This document shows positions 30,986-39,445 of a stretch of DNA of 64,000 nt, piece by piece; the first letter of the stretch is position 1; every line of letters starts with the position of its first letter. The notes beneath the pieces were generated by a model that was given only the letters and a program-made list of their open reading frames with translations, made no database searches and was not told the origin of the DNA. This stretch comes from Candidatus Zhuqueibacterota bacterium (GTDB lineage: Bacteria > Zhuqueibacterota > Zhuqueibacteria > Thermofontimicrobiales > Thermofontimicrobiaceae). Position numbers and translations under genes: made by a program. Where the stretch lies: contig JBMOPW010000014.1 in NCBI GenBank assembly GCA_049322915.1, positions 128,001-192,000 on the forward strand, given 5' to 3'.

Positions 30986-32869
30986 ATGAAAATTACATTC
31001 AGTTGTTCCGCAGTTCTACTGGTTATCATGGGCGCGGCTAATTCGCCGGCTCAAATCACACGGGATCAGATTATCACCACAGCAGAAACCTATATCGATG
31101 TGCAATGGTACTGCTCATCGGAGAATATCAACCATTCGGAATACATGGATTACGGCGGCATCCCCTGTGATTTTTCCATCGGCTGGCACACAGGCGAAGC
31201 CTATTCCTATGGCGGAAACGATAAAGTCAGCACATACCTGACTCGCATCGCGGCTGGCGACGGAGCCGGTTCCCACCTGGCTCATTATGAGGCTGCCGGC
31301 GGAACGCCGTGGTGGGCCACAGGGATAGATTGTTCCGCGTTCGTCTCGTGGTGCTGGGAAATTCCCAGGCAGAGCACACGGACGCTCCCCAATTATTCCA
31401 CTGAAATTCCCCGCGATGCATTGTTGGCCGGCGATATTTTGAATGTTCCGGCCAGTCATGTCCGACTGTTTGATAAGCGCGCAGCGGACGGCCGCCCCAT
31501 TGTGTACGAAGCTTCTGGCAGCGCCACAAAATGCGTGCATCGGACGGTGGACTGGGGCAGCTATACCCCGCTCCGGTTCAATGAACTGATGATTGCAATC
31601 CCGGAAATGATTGTAAAAAATGTCGGCAATTATTCCATTGAGGTGAGTTGGAGCGCTGTCGCCGATGCGAGCTCGTATCAGCTCTATTTCAGCACCGATG
31701 GCATCACGTACAGCGATATGGGCGCGACGACTGAATTAGCCCGCACATTCACCAATCTGTTGGATGGCCGGCAGTATTATTTCAGACTCAGCGCCCGCAA
31801 TGCACAGGGTGAAACCAGCGGCGACAGCGAAGTGCTGGGGACGCTGGTGGCCTCTGCGCCGTCGCAGATATTGATTGTCAATGGCTTCGACCGAATGTCC
31901 ACCGGGGATAACTCCCGGAATTACATCGTTCAACACGGCAAGGCGCTGGCCAGTTTGAACCAGAGTTTTGATTCGTGCTGCAATGAAGCAGTGATTCGGA
32001 ATCAGGTGAACCTGAACGATTATCCGGTCGTAATGTGGATGCTTGGCGAAGAGTCGGTGAGCAACAGCACTTTCAATGCCCAGGAACAGGCCAGGGTTCA
32101 GACGTATCTTCAGAATGGCGGTAATCTGTTCGTGTCCGGCGCTGAAATAGGCTGGGACCTGGAAGATAACGGCAACGGCGTCAGTTTTTATCACAATTAT
32201 TTGAAAGCCAGCTATGTGGCTGATGACGCCAATGTGTATCAGGTGAGCGGCGTCGCCGGATCCATTTTCGAGGGACTTGCGTCCATCCATTTCGATGATG
32301 GAAGCCACGGCACGTATGATGTGGACTGGCCGGAATGCATGGCTCCTTATAGCGGCGCTAGCGTGTGCCTGAACTATGACGGAACCGCTTATCATGCCGC
32401 CATTCAGTACGAAGGGACATTCGGAGCAAGTCAGCAGACAGGCCGATTGGTTCACTTCGGATTTCCGTTCGAGACGGTCTTTCCGGATTCCAATCGAAAT
32501 CGATTGATGGAGCGGATTCTTGATTACTTTGACATCCAGTCCTCGGCCGTTCATACAAATGGCTCCGCAATTCAGACAGGCCAGCGCTACGCGCTGCTGC
32601 AGAACTACCCCAATCCGTTCAATGCAACCACCATCATCCGATTTGAAATTCCACAGGGAGTGCAGGCTCAGTTAGTGACTCTCGTTGTGTACAATATCCT
32701 GGGTGAAAGAGTGAAGCAGCTTGTCGCCGAAAATCGGAGCGCCGGGTACTATCAGGTGGCTTGGGACGGAACCGATGATTTTTCGCGTAAGGTTTCGGCC
32801 GGCGTTTATCTGTACAAACTGAGCGCCGGACATTACACTGAGACGAAACGGATGTTATTGTTGGAATAG
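30986..32869 (+). CDS. Secreted NlpC/P60-like peptidase + Fn3 + alpha/beta domain + FlgD/T9SS-type CTD
   Basis: Signal peptide. AYSYGG...GIDCSAFVSWCW...LLAGDIL...HVRLF gives the Cys-His pair. Fn3: VSWSAV...YQLY...LLDGRQYYFRLSARN. C-terminal QNYPNPFN...WDG...GVYLY. Confidence 0.75.
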   Translation: MKITFSCSAVLLVIMGAANSPAQITRDQIITTAETYIDVQWYCSSENINHSEYMDYGGIPCDFSIGWHTGEAYSYGGNDKVSTYLTRIAAGDGAGSHLAHYEAAGGTPWWATGIDCSAFVSWCWEIPRQSTRTLPNYSTEIPRDALLAGDILNVPASHVRLFDKRAADGRPIVYEASGSATKCVHRTVDWGSYTPLRFNELMIAIPEMIVKNVGNYSIEVSWSAVADASSYQLYFSTDGITYSDMGATTELARTFTNLLDGRQYYFRLSARNAQGETSGDSEVLGTLVASAPSQILIVNGFDRMSTGDNSRNYIVQHGKALASLNQSFDSCCNEAVIRNQVNLNDYPVVMWMLGEESVSNSTFNAQEQARVQTYLQNGGNLFVSGAEIGWDLEDNGNGVSFYHNYLKASYVADDANVYQVSGVAGSIFEGLASIHFDDGSHGTYDVDWPECMAPYSGASVCLNYDGTAYHAAIQYEGTFGASQQTGRLVHFGFPFETVFPDSNRNRLMERILDYFDIQSSAVHTNGSAIQTGQRYALLQNYPNPFNATTIIRFEIPQGVQAQLVTLVVYNILGERVKQLVAENRSAGYYQVAWDGTDDFSRKVSAGVYLYKLSAGHYTETKRMLLLE

Positions 32870-33089
32870 CTGTACAATCATTCTGACTATTCAGTCACCA
32901 ATGTACAGAGAAAAAAAAAATCCAAAAGGATCGATTCTCAAAAGCTGAATGTAGTTATAAAAAAAAATTGAATATCTGCTTAATAGATTGAATAAAAAAA
33001 TGGACATCATTGTGTAACGTCGTATCTTGGTGTCTTTGCGGCAATAATACATGCCTGGATAGTTACCAATAATTTTAGGAGGGAGAGAT

Positions 33090-35675
33090 ATGAAAAAATG
33101 GATTACTGCAATGTTATTTATCCTGTCAATATCTTCAATCACGCTGGCGCAGGTGACGGACACGCTGTATGTCGATGATGTCGATGAAGGTTACACCGAA
33201 GGCGGCGGCGACTGGCTGAATTCGGTGGCTGCATTTGGCTCGCGAAGTCGTGTAGTCATCTGCGGACTCGATTACGGACAGTGGGCCAAATGGAATTTGA
33301 CCATCCCAAAGGCTGGCTATTACGCGACCTATTTCATTCTGCCGGCAACGCAAAATGCCCGTATCGGCGCCAAGTACACTGTCAGTCCGTTCGGCTCGAT
33401 TGAATCTGTGCAGTATCTGGATCAAAATGAAAATAGCGGCAACTGGCGGCTGCTTGGCATTTTCTACTTCTCCGAGGCCGGTGATAATTACGTCGAAGTG
33501 ATGAACGACAGCAGCAGCGTCTCCGGTTACTCGCTGCGCGCCGACGCGATTCGCCTCATTGCCTCGACGCCGGAACATAACATCGATTGCGACTATCGGA
33601 ATACACTGTATAATTTCGGTGAAGTGGCCATGGGGAGAAGCAAGGACTGGGTGTTTCAGATTCACAATATCGGCGGAGAGCAATTGACAATTCAAAATAT
33701 CGTCACCTCTTCCGGCATCTATTCCATTGCGCAGCCTTTGCTTCCGGCGACAGTTGAGCCCAAATCCTCGGCCGACATCACGGTTCGGTTCAGCCCAAAT
33801 TTTGAGAAAACATTTGACGATTCGCTGGTCATTCAGACCAATGATGTGGATGAGCCAGAAATGGTCGTCTACGTCAGAGGCCTCGGAACAACGGAGACGG
33901 TGATTATCAACAATAATGATGGTGCTCCGGCATACATGGAACATATCGGCGAATGGGGCTCCAGTTCGGCTCATTTCCAGATGGAGAATTACTATAATCC
34001 CGACAGTCGCTTTGTGGTGAGAAGCACCAATCCCGGCGCCCGATGCGAATTCGTCCCCAATATTCCAATTTCAGGTCTCTACAATATTTACTATGGTGGA
34101 CCGCCAACAACCAACAGCGCCACCCATGCGCTCATCGAGGTGCACCCGTTCGGATCGGCCGTCGATTCATATTACGTCAATCAGAACAGCGCCGGCAGTG
34201 AGTGGAAGCTCATTGGTACGTACTATCTGTTCGAGGGCACGGAAAATTCAGTGTTTATCGTGAATGATGGGACTGGCAGCGGCTATGCCATGCGCTCCGA
34301 CCTGATCAAGTTCACCCATGTCCCGTCCATTGCCGACATTGCACTGCTTTATTCATCGCACGAATTTTTGGACGTCCCCATCAATACGACGAAAAATTAT
34401 TCCCTGAAAATTAGTAATATTGGCAACGCAGATTTGACAATCACCGACATGAATTTTAACTCACCTCATTTTTCGGTCGTCAGTCCGACAACCTTCCCGG
34501 TTGTGGTTCCCAAATTGGATAGCCTGTCGGCAGTCCTGGCGTTCACGCCGCCCGGGGTCAATAATTACCGCGATACCCTGACTATCATCAGCGATGACGT
34601 GGACGAAATGGTGACGCGGTTCATCGTCTACGGCAATGGCATTGGCGAAACGCTGGTCATCGATGACCTCGATACGCTGGCCGGTTTCAGCTATGGCCCA
34701 ACGGACACAACCTGGGTGCTCTCTTCTTCCATGTATGCGCTGAACGGTGAAGCGCGCTATACGTCGAAATACGCGCACCCATACGCCTGGGCCAGGTACG
34801 ATTTCACAGTTTCAGCGACCATGGATTACGAAGTCTATGCGTCGACTGTGCCCAATAGCAGCAACTCCACAAACTATGCGCCGTACGTCATTCACGCGCC
34901 GGGATTTTTGCCGGATACGGTCGTCATCCCGCAGAGCGGTATCAGTTCGGCGAATATCTGGCAGTTCCTAGGGACATATCATTTTATCGAGGGCATTCCC
35001 TCTCTCATCGAAGTGGTGAATGACACAACCATCACATTTCAGGATACCCTGCCGGTGCTGCGCTGCGACGCAATTAAGCTGACGCAGCCGACGCAGGTGA
35101 AACTGTCCACCTTCTACGTGGACTATAGCAAGGATGGAACCGTGCTCCATTGGGAAACGACCACAGAAATCAATCATCAGGGCTTCAACGTGTATCGCGG
35201 TGTTCGCGATTCATTCGATCGCAATCAGGCAGTGAAGCTGAATCAGACGCTCATTCTGGGCGTCTCGCCCTATCAGTTCGTGGATCGAACCGCGGATCGA
35301 AAGACCACCTATTATTACTGGTTGGAAGATATTTCCCTGAGCGGCGTTCGCACGTTGCACGGACCGATTTCAGGCAACCTCGCCAATGGAATGCCATTTC
35401 TCTATGAACTGGAGCAGAACTATCCCAATCCGTTTAATCCGTCAACGATGATCAACTATTCAATCCCGGAGCCAACGCAGGTCGAGTTGGTCATTTACAA
35501 CATTCTTGGCCAGAAAGTAAGGACGCTGGTCAACAAGAGAATGGCGCCGGGATTTTACAACGTGAACTGGGATGGCTTAAATGACGGGGGTCATTTTGTC
35601 GCGACCGGCGTTTACATCGTGAAAATATCGTGCAAGAATTTCTCGCAGACGCGCAAAATGACCATGATGAATTAA
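33090..35675 (+). CDS. Secreted modular protein: three golvesin/CBM-like jelly-roll repeats, two choice-of-anchor-D/ASH Ig domains, FlgD/T9SS-type CTD
   Basis: Three repeats ending W..LG.[FY]...[VI]..ND...R.D.I. Ig units FGEV...I.N.G...L.I...F[ST]P...D.L.I.[TS][ND]D.DE. QNYPNPFNPST. RBS AGGAGG. Confidence 0.72.
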   Translation: MKKWITAMLFILSISSITLAQVTDTLYVDDVDEGYTEGGGDWLNSVAAFGSRSRVVICGLDYGQWAKWNLTIPKAGYYATYFILPATQNARIGAKYTVSPFGSIESVQYLDQNENSGNWRLLGIFYFSEAGDNYVEVMNDSSSVSGYSLRADAIRLIASTPEHNIDCDYRNTLYNFGEVAMGRSKDWVFQIHNIGGEQLTIQNIVTSSGIYSIAQPLLPATVEPKSSADITVRFSPNFEKTFDDSLVIQTNDVDEPEMVVYVRGLGTTETVIINNNDGAPAYMEHIGEWGSSSAHFQMENYYNPDSRFVVRSTNPGARCEFVPNIPISGLYNIYYGGPPTTNSATHALIEVHPFGSAVDSYYVNQNSAGSEWKLIGTYYLFEGTENSVFIVNDGTGSGYAMRSDLIKFTHVPSIADIALLYSSHEFLDVPINTTKNYSLKISNIGNADLTITDMNFNSPHFSVVSPTTFPVVVPKLDSLSAVLAFTPPGVNNYRDTLTIISDDVDEMVTRFIVYGNGIGETLVIDDLDTLAGFSYGPTDTTWVLSSSMYALNGEARYTSKYAHPYAWARYDFTVSATMDYEVYASTVPNSSNSTNYAPYVIHAPGFLPDTVVIPQSGISSANIWQFLGTYHFIEGIPSLIEVVNDTTITFQDTLPVLRCDAIKLTQPTQVKLSTFYVDYSKDGTVLHWETTTEINHQGFNVYRGVRDSFDRNQAVKLNQTLILGVSPYQFVDRTADRKTTYYYWLEDISLSGVRTLHGPISGNLANGMPFLYELEQNYPNPFNPSTMINYSIPEPTQVELVIYNILGQKVRTLVNKRMAPGFYNVNWDGLNDGGHFVATGVYIVKISCKNFSQTRKMTMMN

Positions 35676-35736
35676 CCCTTTTCGTCAAAAATGAATTGCC
35701 GGCAACGTCACGCATTGAAACCATCCGGGAGGATTC

Positions 35737-35931
35737 ATGGAGTGTAAAAATTTTCAACGAAACCTGAATCGTTGCAATTGCAGCTATGAGCCATGCAGTC
35801 GCAAGGGATTTTGCTGCGAGTGCATCGAATATCACCGTCAGGCAGGGGAGTTGCCGGCGTGTTATTTCCCTGATGATGTGGAGCGAACCTACGACCGATC
35901 CATTCGGCGTTTCATTTCGCTCCACAAATAA
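35737..35931 (+). CDS. Small Cys-rich protein (DUF6485-like)
   Basis: MEC...CNCSY.PC.RKG.CCECI.YH...ELPACYF....E.TYDRS, with RBS GGAGG. Confidence 0.75.
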   Translation: MECKNFQRNLNRCNCSYEPCSRKGFCCECIEYHRQAGELPACYFPDDVERTYDRSIRRFISLHK

Positions 35932-36032
35932 TTGAATTCCCTGACCATTGATGAAGGGAATGCTCAGACTGTTGCAGTCACCGACAGTCGAGACGCCGTC
36001 ATGAAAATTCTGAAAAAGGAGCGATCGATTTT

Positions 36033-37202
36033 ATGAGGTATAAAGGAGCACGACTGTTTCCAGTTTTATTTTTACTTCTTCTCTCTTCTTCATTTTGCTC
36101 CCGGACGCCCGGAGAAGCGCCAAAAAATGTGAGTGACATCATCCAACAGGTGGCACAAAAGCATTGTCCGGATAAACGGGTCTCTGTCTTTCAGGTAGCG
36201 GCTCAAAAACAGAGCCATACGATTATTGTCACCGGCGAAGTGTTGTCCGGCGAGGCCAAATCAGAGGTGGTGAATCGTATTCAGTCAGAGACAGACTACG
36301 AGGTGGCCGATAGCATCAAGGTGCTGCCGGATGATTCGCTGAACGGAAAAATATATGGCGTCATCAAAGTGAGTGTGGCCCAGGTCCGAAGAAACAGCGA
36401 CGTCTATTACGAGACAATCAGCCAGGCGACAATGGGCGCGGAAGTGAAAGTGCTGAAACGAAGAGGCGGCTTCTGGGTCTATTGTCAGCTCGAGGATGAC
36501 TATCTGGGCTGGCTGATGGAAAGCGCGCTTGTGACAGGGGACGAGCAGTTCATCCGAAACTGGCGCAGCCTGGACAAAGTCATCGTGACCGCCACCCATG
36601 ATCAAATCTGGGAACAGCCACAGGCCTCCGGCAAAGCAGTCTCCGATGCGGTCTGGGGCAATGTTCTGATCGACCGCGGCAGCAATGGCAACTGGCGCAA
36701 GGTGGAGTTGGCCGACGGAAGAAGCGGGTACATCCCGGCGTCTTCGGTGATGGATTTGAAAAAGATGGAACAGGTTCCGGGCGATCCTGAAATCATGGTG
36801 GAATTGGCCTATCGGTTCATCGGCATTCCCTATTTCTGGGGCGGTCGCTCGACCAAGGGATTCGATTGTTCCGGCTTCACTCAGACATTGTACAAATCCA
36901 TCGGAATCCAACTGCCGCGCGATGCCAATATGCAGGTGAAAATCGGAGAGGAAGTGGCCATCGACGACCAGTTCGGCCAGTTGAAAACCGGCGACCTGCT
37001 GTTCTTTGGAAAAAGCATCGATAAAATCACTCATGTTGGTTTTTATCTTGGCGACCAAAAATTAATCCACTCCGACGGCCGGGTGAAGATCAACAGCTTT
37101 AATCCGCAGGACGAGGATTACAGCGAGTATCGGAGAAATGGCTTGCAGGCGGTGCGCCGGATTTTGAACGAGAAACAGACGGAACCGATCCTGGAGAAAT
37201 AA
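36033..37202 (+). CDS. SH3b + NlpC/P60 (C40) gamma-D-Glu-mDAP peptidase, YkfC-like, exported
   Basis: Signal or lipoprotein leader, SQATMG, two SH3-like segments, GIPYFWGG, GFDCSGF, LPRDA, GDLLFFG, THVG and IHS. Confidence 0.88.
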   Translation: MRYKGARLFPVLFLLLLSSSFCSRTPGEAPKNVSDIIQQVAQKHCPDKRVSVFQVAAQKQSHTIIVTGEVLSGEAKSEVVNRIQSETDYEVADSIKVLPDDSLNGKIYGVIKVSVAQVRRNSDVYYETISQATMGAEVKVLKRRGGFWVYCQLEDDYLGWLMESALVTGDEQFIRNWRSLDKVIVTATHDQIWEQPQASGKAVSDAVWGNVLIDRGSNGNWRKVELADGRSGYIPASSVMDLKKMEQVPGDPEIMVELAYRFIGIPYFWGGRSTKGFDCSGFTQTLYKSIGIQLPRDANMQVKIGEEVAIDDQFGQLKTGDLLFFGKSIDKITHVGFYLGDQKLIHSDGRVKINSFNPQDEDYSEYRRNGLQAVRRILNEKQTEPILEK

Positions 37203-37451
37203 TATTTTGGGCGCTGCGATTGAAATTCAGCGCGACGTGAGCCATATTCAGGTTCTCATGCCCGGATGGCTGGAGCATCGGCGCGTGACAGGCGTTTTTC
37301 TGAATGTAGCCCGGCAAGCGAGATCAATCCGGCGCTGACTGAGCCTCCGAAGTGGTTTCGATCTGAGAGTAAAAAAAATGGAATGGCGAACAGCGATTCG
37401 GTGAATTGTTAAATCGAACGCCATTCCGCCAAAACAATGGAGTCGATACCC

Positions 37452-38594
37452 ATGAACATGACACGAAAGCAATTCTTGAAAGCCAGCGGCAAAGCGATCG
37501 TTGGATTGAGCGCGCTTAACGCCGGCGTCTTACCATTCACTCAACTCACTGGTTCCAGTGACCCTATAGGAGGAGCAATGTTAGAATATAAAATTAAAGA
37601 GCTCAATTTGCGACACACATGGACCATTGCCAGAAATTCATCGGATGTGAAACGCAATGTATTCGTAAAATACACGCGCGACGGAATCACCGGCATTGGC
37701 GAAGCAGCGCCGAATGTCCGTTACGATGAGACGCCGGAGAGCACCATCGGATTGATTCAAAAAGCTGAACCGCTGGTGGAGAAGTTCGATCCGTGGCATT
37801 TTGTCGACATGGGCTATGAAATTCAGAAATTGGATAAGGCGCAGACCGCCGGCAAATGCGCCGTGGATATTGCCATCATGGACTGGGTCGGCAAGAGCCT
37901 CGGCGTTCCCATTTACAAATATCTGGGTCTGGATAAAAACAAGACGCCATTGACTTCATTCAGCATCGGCATCGATACCCCGGAAGTGATGCAGGCGAAA
38001 ATTAAAGAAGCGGAAGAATATCCCATCCTGAAAATCAAGGTCGGCAAGGATAACGACGAGGAAATCATGGATGCGGTGCGGGCCGTGACCGATAAGACGC
38101 TGCGTCTCGACGCCAATGAAGGCTGGAAGACAAAAGAAGAAGCGCTGGAAAAAATTTTGTGGCTGGAAAAAATGGGGGTTGAATTCATCGAACAGCCGCT
38201 GCCGTCGCACATGCTGGAAGAACAGCGCTGGTTGCGCGAGCGCGTGAGTATGCCCATCATTGCCGATGAGGCGGTGAAGAGCGCGGCGGACATTCCCAGT
38301 TTAGCAACCGCATACGACGGCATCAATATCAAACTGATGAAGAGCGCCGGCATTCAGGAGGCGCTGCGCATGATCTGGATGGCGCGTTCGTTGGGAATGA
38401 AAATCATGCTGGGCTGCATGATTGAAAGCAGTTGCGCTATCGCTGCTGCAGCGCACATCAGCCCGCTGGTCGATTTCGCCGATCTGGACGGCAACCTGCT
38501 GGTAGCCAATGACCCGTTCCAGTCCGTCAACGTGGTGAAAGGCCGAATGATTTTGAGCGACGCGCCCGGGCTGGGGCTCGAAGGCGAGTTCTAA
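37452..38594 (+). CDS. L-Ala-D/L-Glu dipeptide epimerase (enolase superfamily, YkfB-like) with Tat-like leader
   Basis: GIGEAAP, KIKVG, DANEGW, IEQP, ADE, NIKLMK, GCMIES and DLDG. N-terminal TRKQFLK. Confidence 0.9.
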   Translation: MNMTRKQFLKASGKAIVGLSALNAGVLPFTQLTGSSDPIGGAMLEYKIKELNLRHTWTIARNSSDVKRNVFVKYTRDGITGIGEAAPNVRYDETPESTIGLIQKAEPLVEKFDPWHFVDMGYEIQKLDKAQTAGKCAVDIAIMDWVGKSLGVPIYKYLGLDKNKTPLTSFSIGIDTPEVMQAKIKEAEEYPILKIKVGKDNDEEIMDAVRAVTDKTLRLDANEGWKTKEEALEKILWLEKMGVEFIEQPLPSHMLEEQRWLRERVSMPIIADEAVKSAADIPSLATAYDGINIKLMKSAGIQEALRMIWMARSLGMKIMLGCMIESSCAIAAAAHISPLVDFADLDGNLLVANDPFQSVNVVKGRMILSDAPGLGLEGEF

Positions 38595-38628
38595 TTTTTT
38601 ATTCAAATTCAATCGAACTGAGACGCAC

Positions 38629-39375
38629 GTGTCAACTATAATTTACGGGAAAAATCCTGTCAGGGAAGCCCTCGAAGCCGGACTGCCGATCCAGAAAATA
38701 TACATCGCGGCCGGCGGCCAGCAGCGCCGGGATCAGCACATTGAGCACCTGGCGCAAAGCCGGGGCATTCCGGTCCGACTGGTGGATCGCAAGAAATTGA
38801 TCGAACTGGCCGGGGAGCAGAACACCCAGGGCATCGTGGCGATTGTCCCTGACTTCGACTACAGCGAACCGGAGAGCGTATTGGATATTGCCCGGCAGAA
38901 GGACGAACCGCCGCTTTGCGTCATCCTCGATGAAATTCAGGACCCGCACAATCTCGGCGCCATCATCCGATCGGCGGAAGCGTTCGGATTTCATGGGATT
39001 TTCATCCCCAAAGATCGGTCGGCCGGCATATCCGATGTAGTTGCTAAAACATCGGCCGGGGCGATTTCGCACATGCCCATCGTTCGGGTCACCAATTTAG
39101 CGCGTCAGATCGATGAATTCAAAGCGCAGGGAATCTGGATTGCCGGGGCTGATCAGGATGCCCTTGCCAGCTACTACGAATCGAATTTGACCGGCCCCCT
39201 GGGCGTGGTCATTGGCAGCGAAGAAAAAGGCATGCGCCGGTTGATCCGCGAGAAGTGCGATTTTCTGGTGAGAATCCCCATGGTCGGTAAAATCAATTCA
39301 TTGAATGCATCGGTCGCTGCGGCGCTGCTGTTTGCAGAGGTGAGAAAACAGCGGACTGTGGGATTTAAGAAATAA
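38629..39375 (+). CDS. rlmB: 23S rRNA (guanosine-2'-O)-methyltransferase RlmB
   Basis: YGKNPVREAL, QGIVA, LDEIQDPHNLGAIIRSA, GSEEKG and SLNASVAA. Confidence 0.92.
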   Translation: MSTIIYGKNPVREALEAGLPIQKIYIAAGGQQRRDQHIEHLAQSRGIPVRLVDRKKLIELAGEQNTQGIVAIVPDFDYSEPESVLDIARQKDEPPLCVILDEIQDPHNLGAIIRSAEAFGFHGIFIPKDRSAGISDVVAKTSAGAISHMPIVRVTNLARQIDEFKAQGIWIAGADQDALASYYESNLTGPLGVVIGSEEKGMRRLIREKCDFLVRIPMVGKINSLNASVAAALLFAEVRKQRTVGFKK

Positions 39376-39391
39376 GGAAGTCTGGTGTTCG

Positions 39392-39428
39392 AAAAAAGGC
39401 GGCCGGCATTCTCAGCCGTCCGCCTTTC
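39392..39428. terminator. Hairpin terminator between convergent rlmB and S8 protease
   Basis: AAAAAAGGCGG...CCGCCTTT. Confidence 0.6.
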
Positions 39429-39445
39429 GTTTGAGGTCATGCGAT

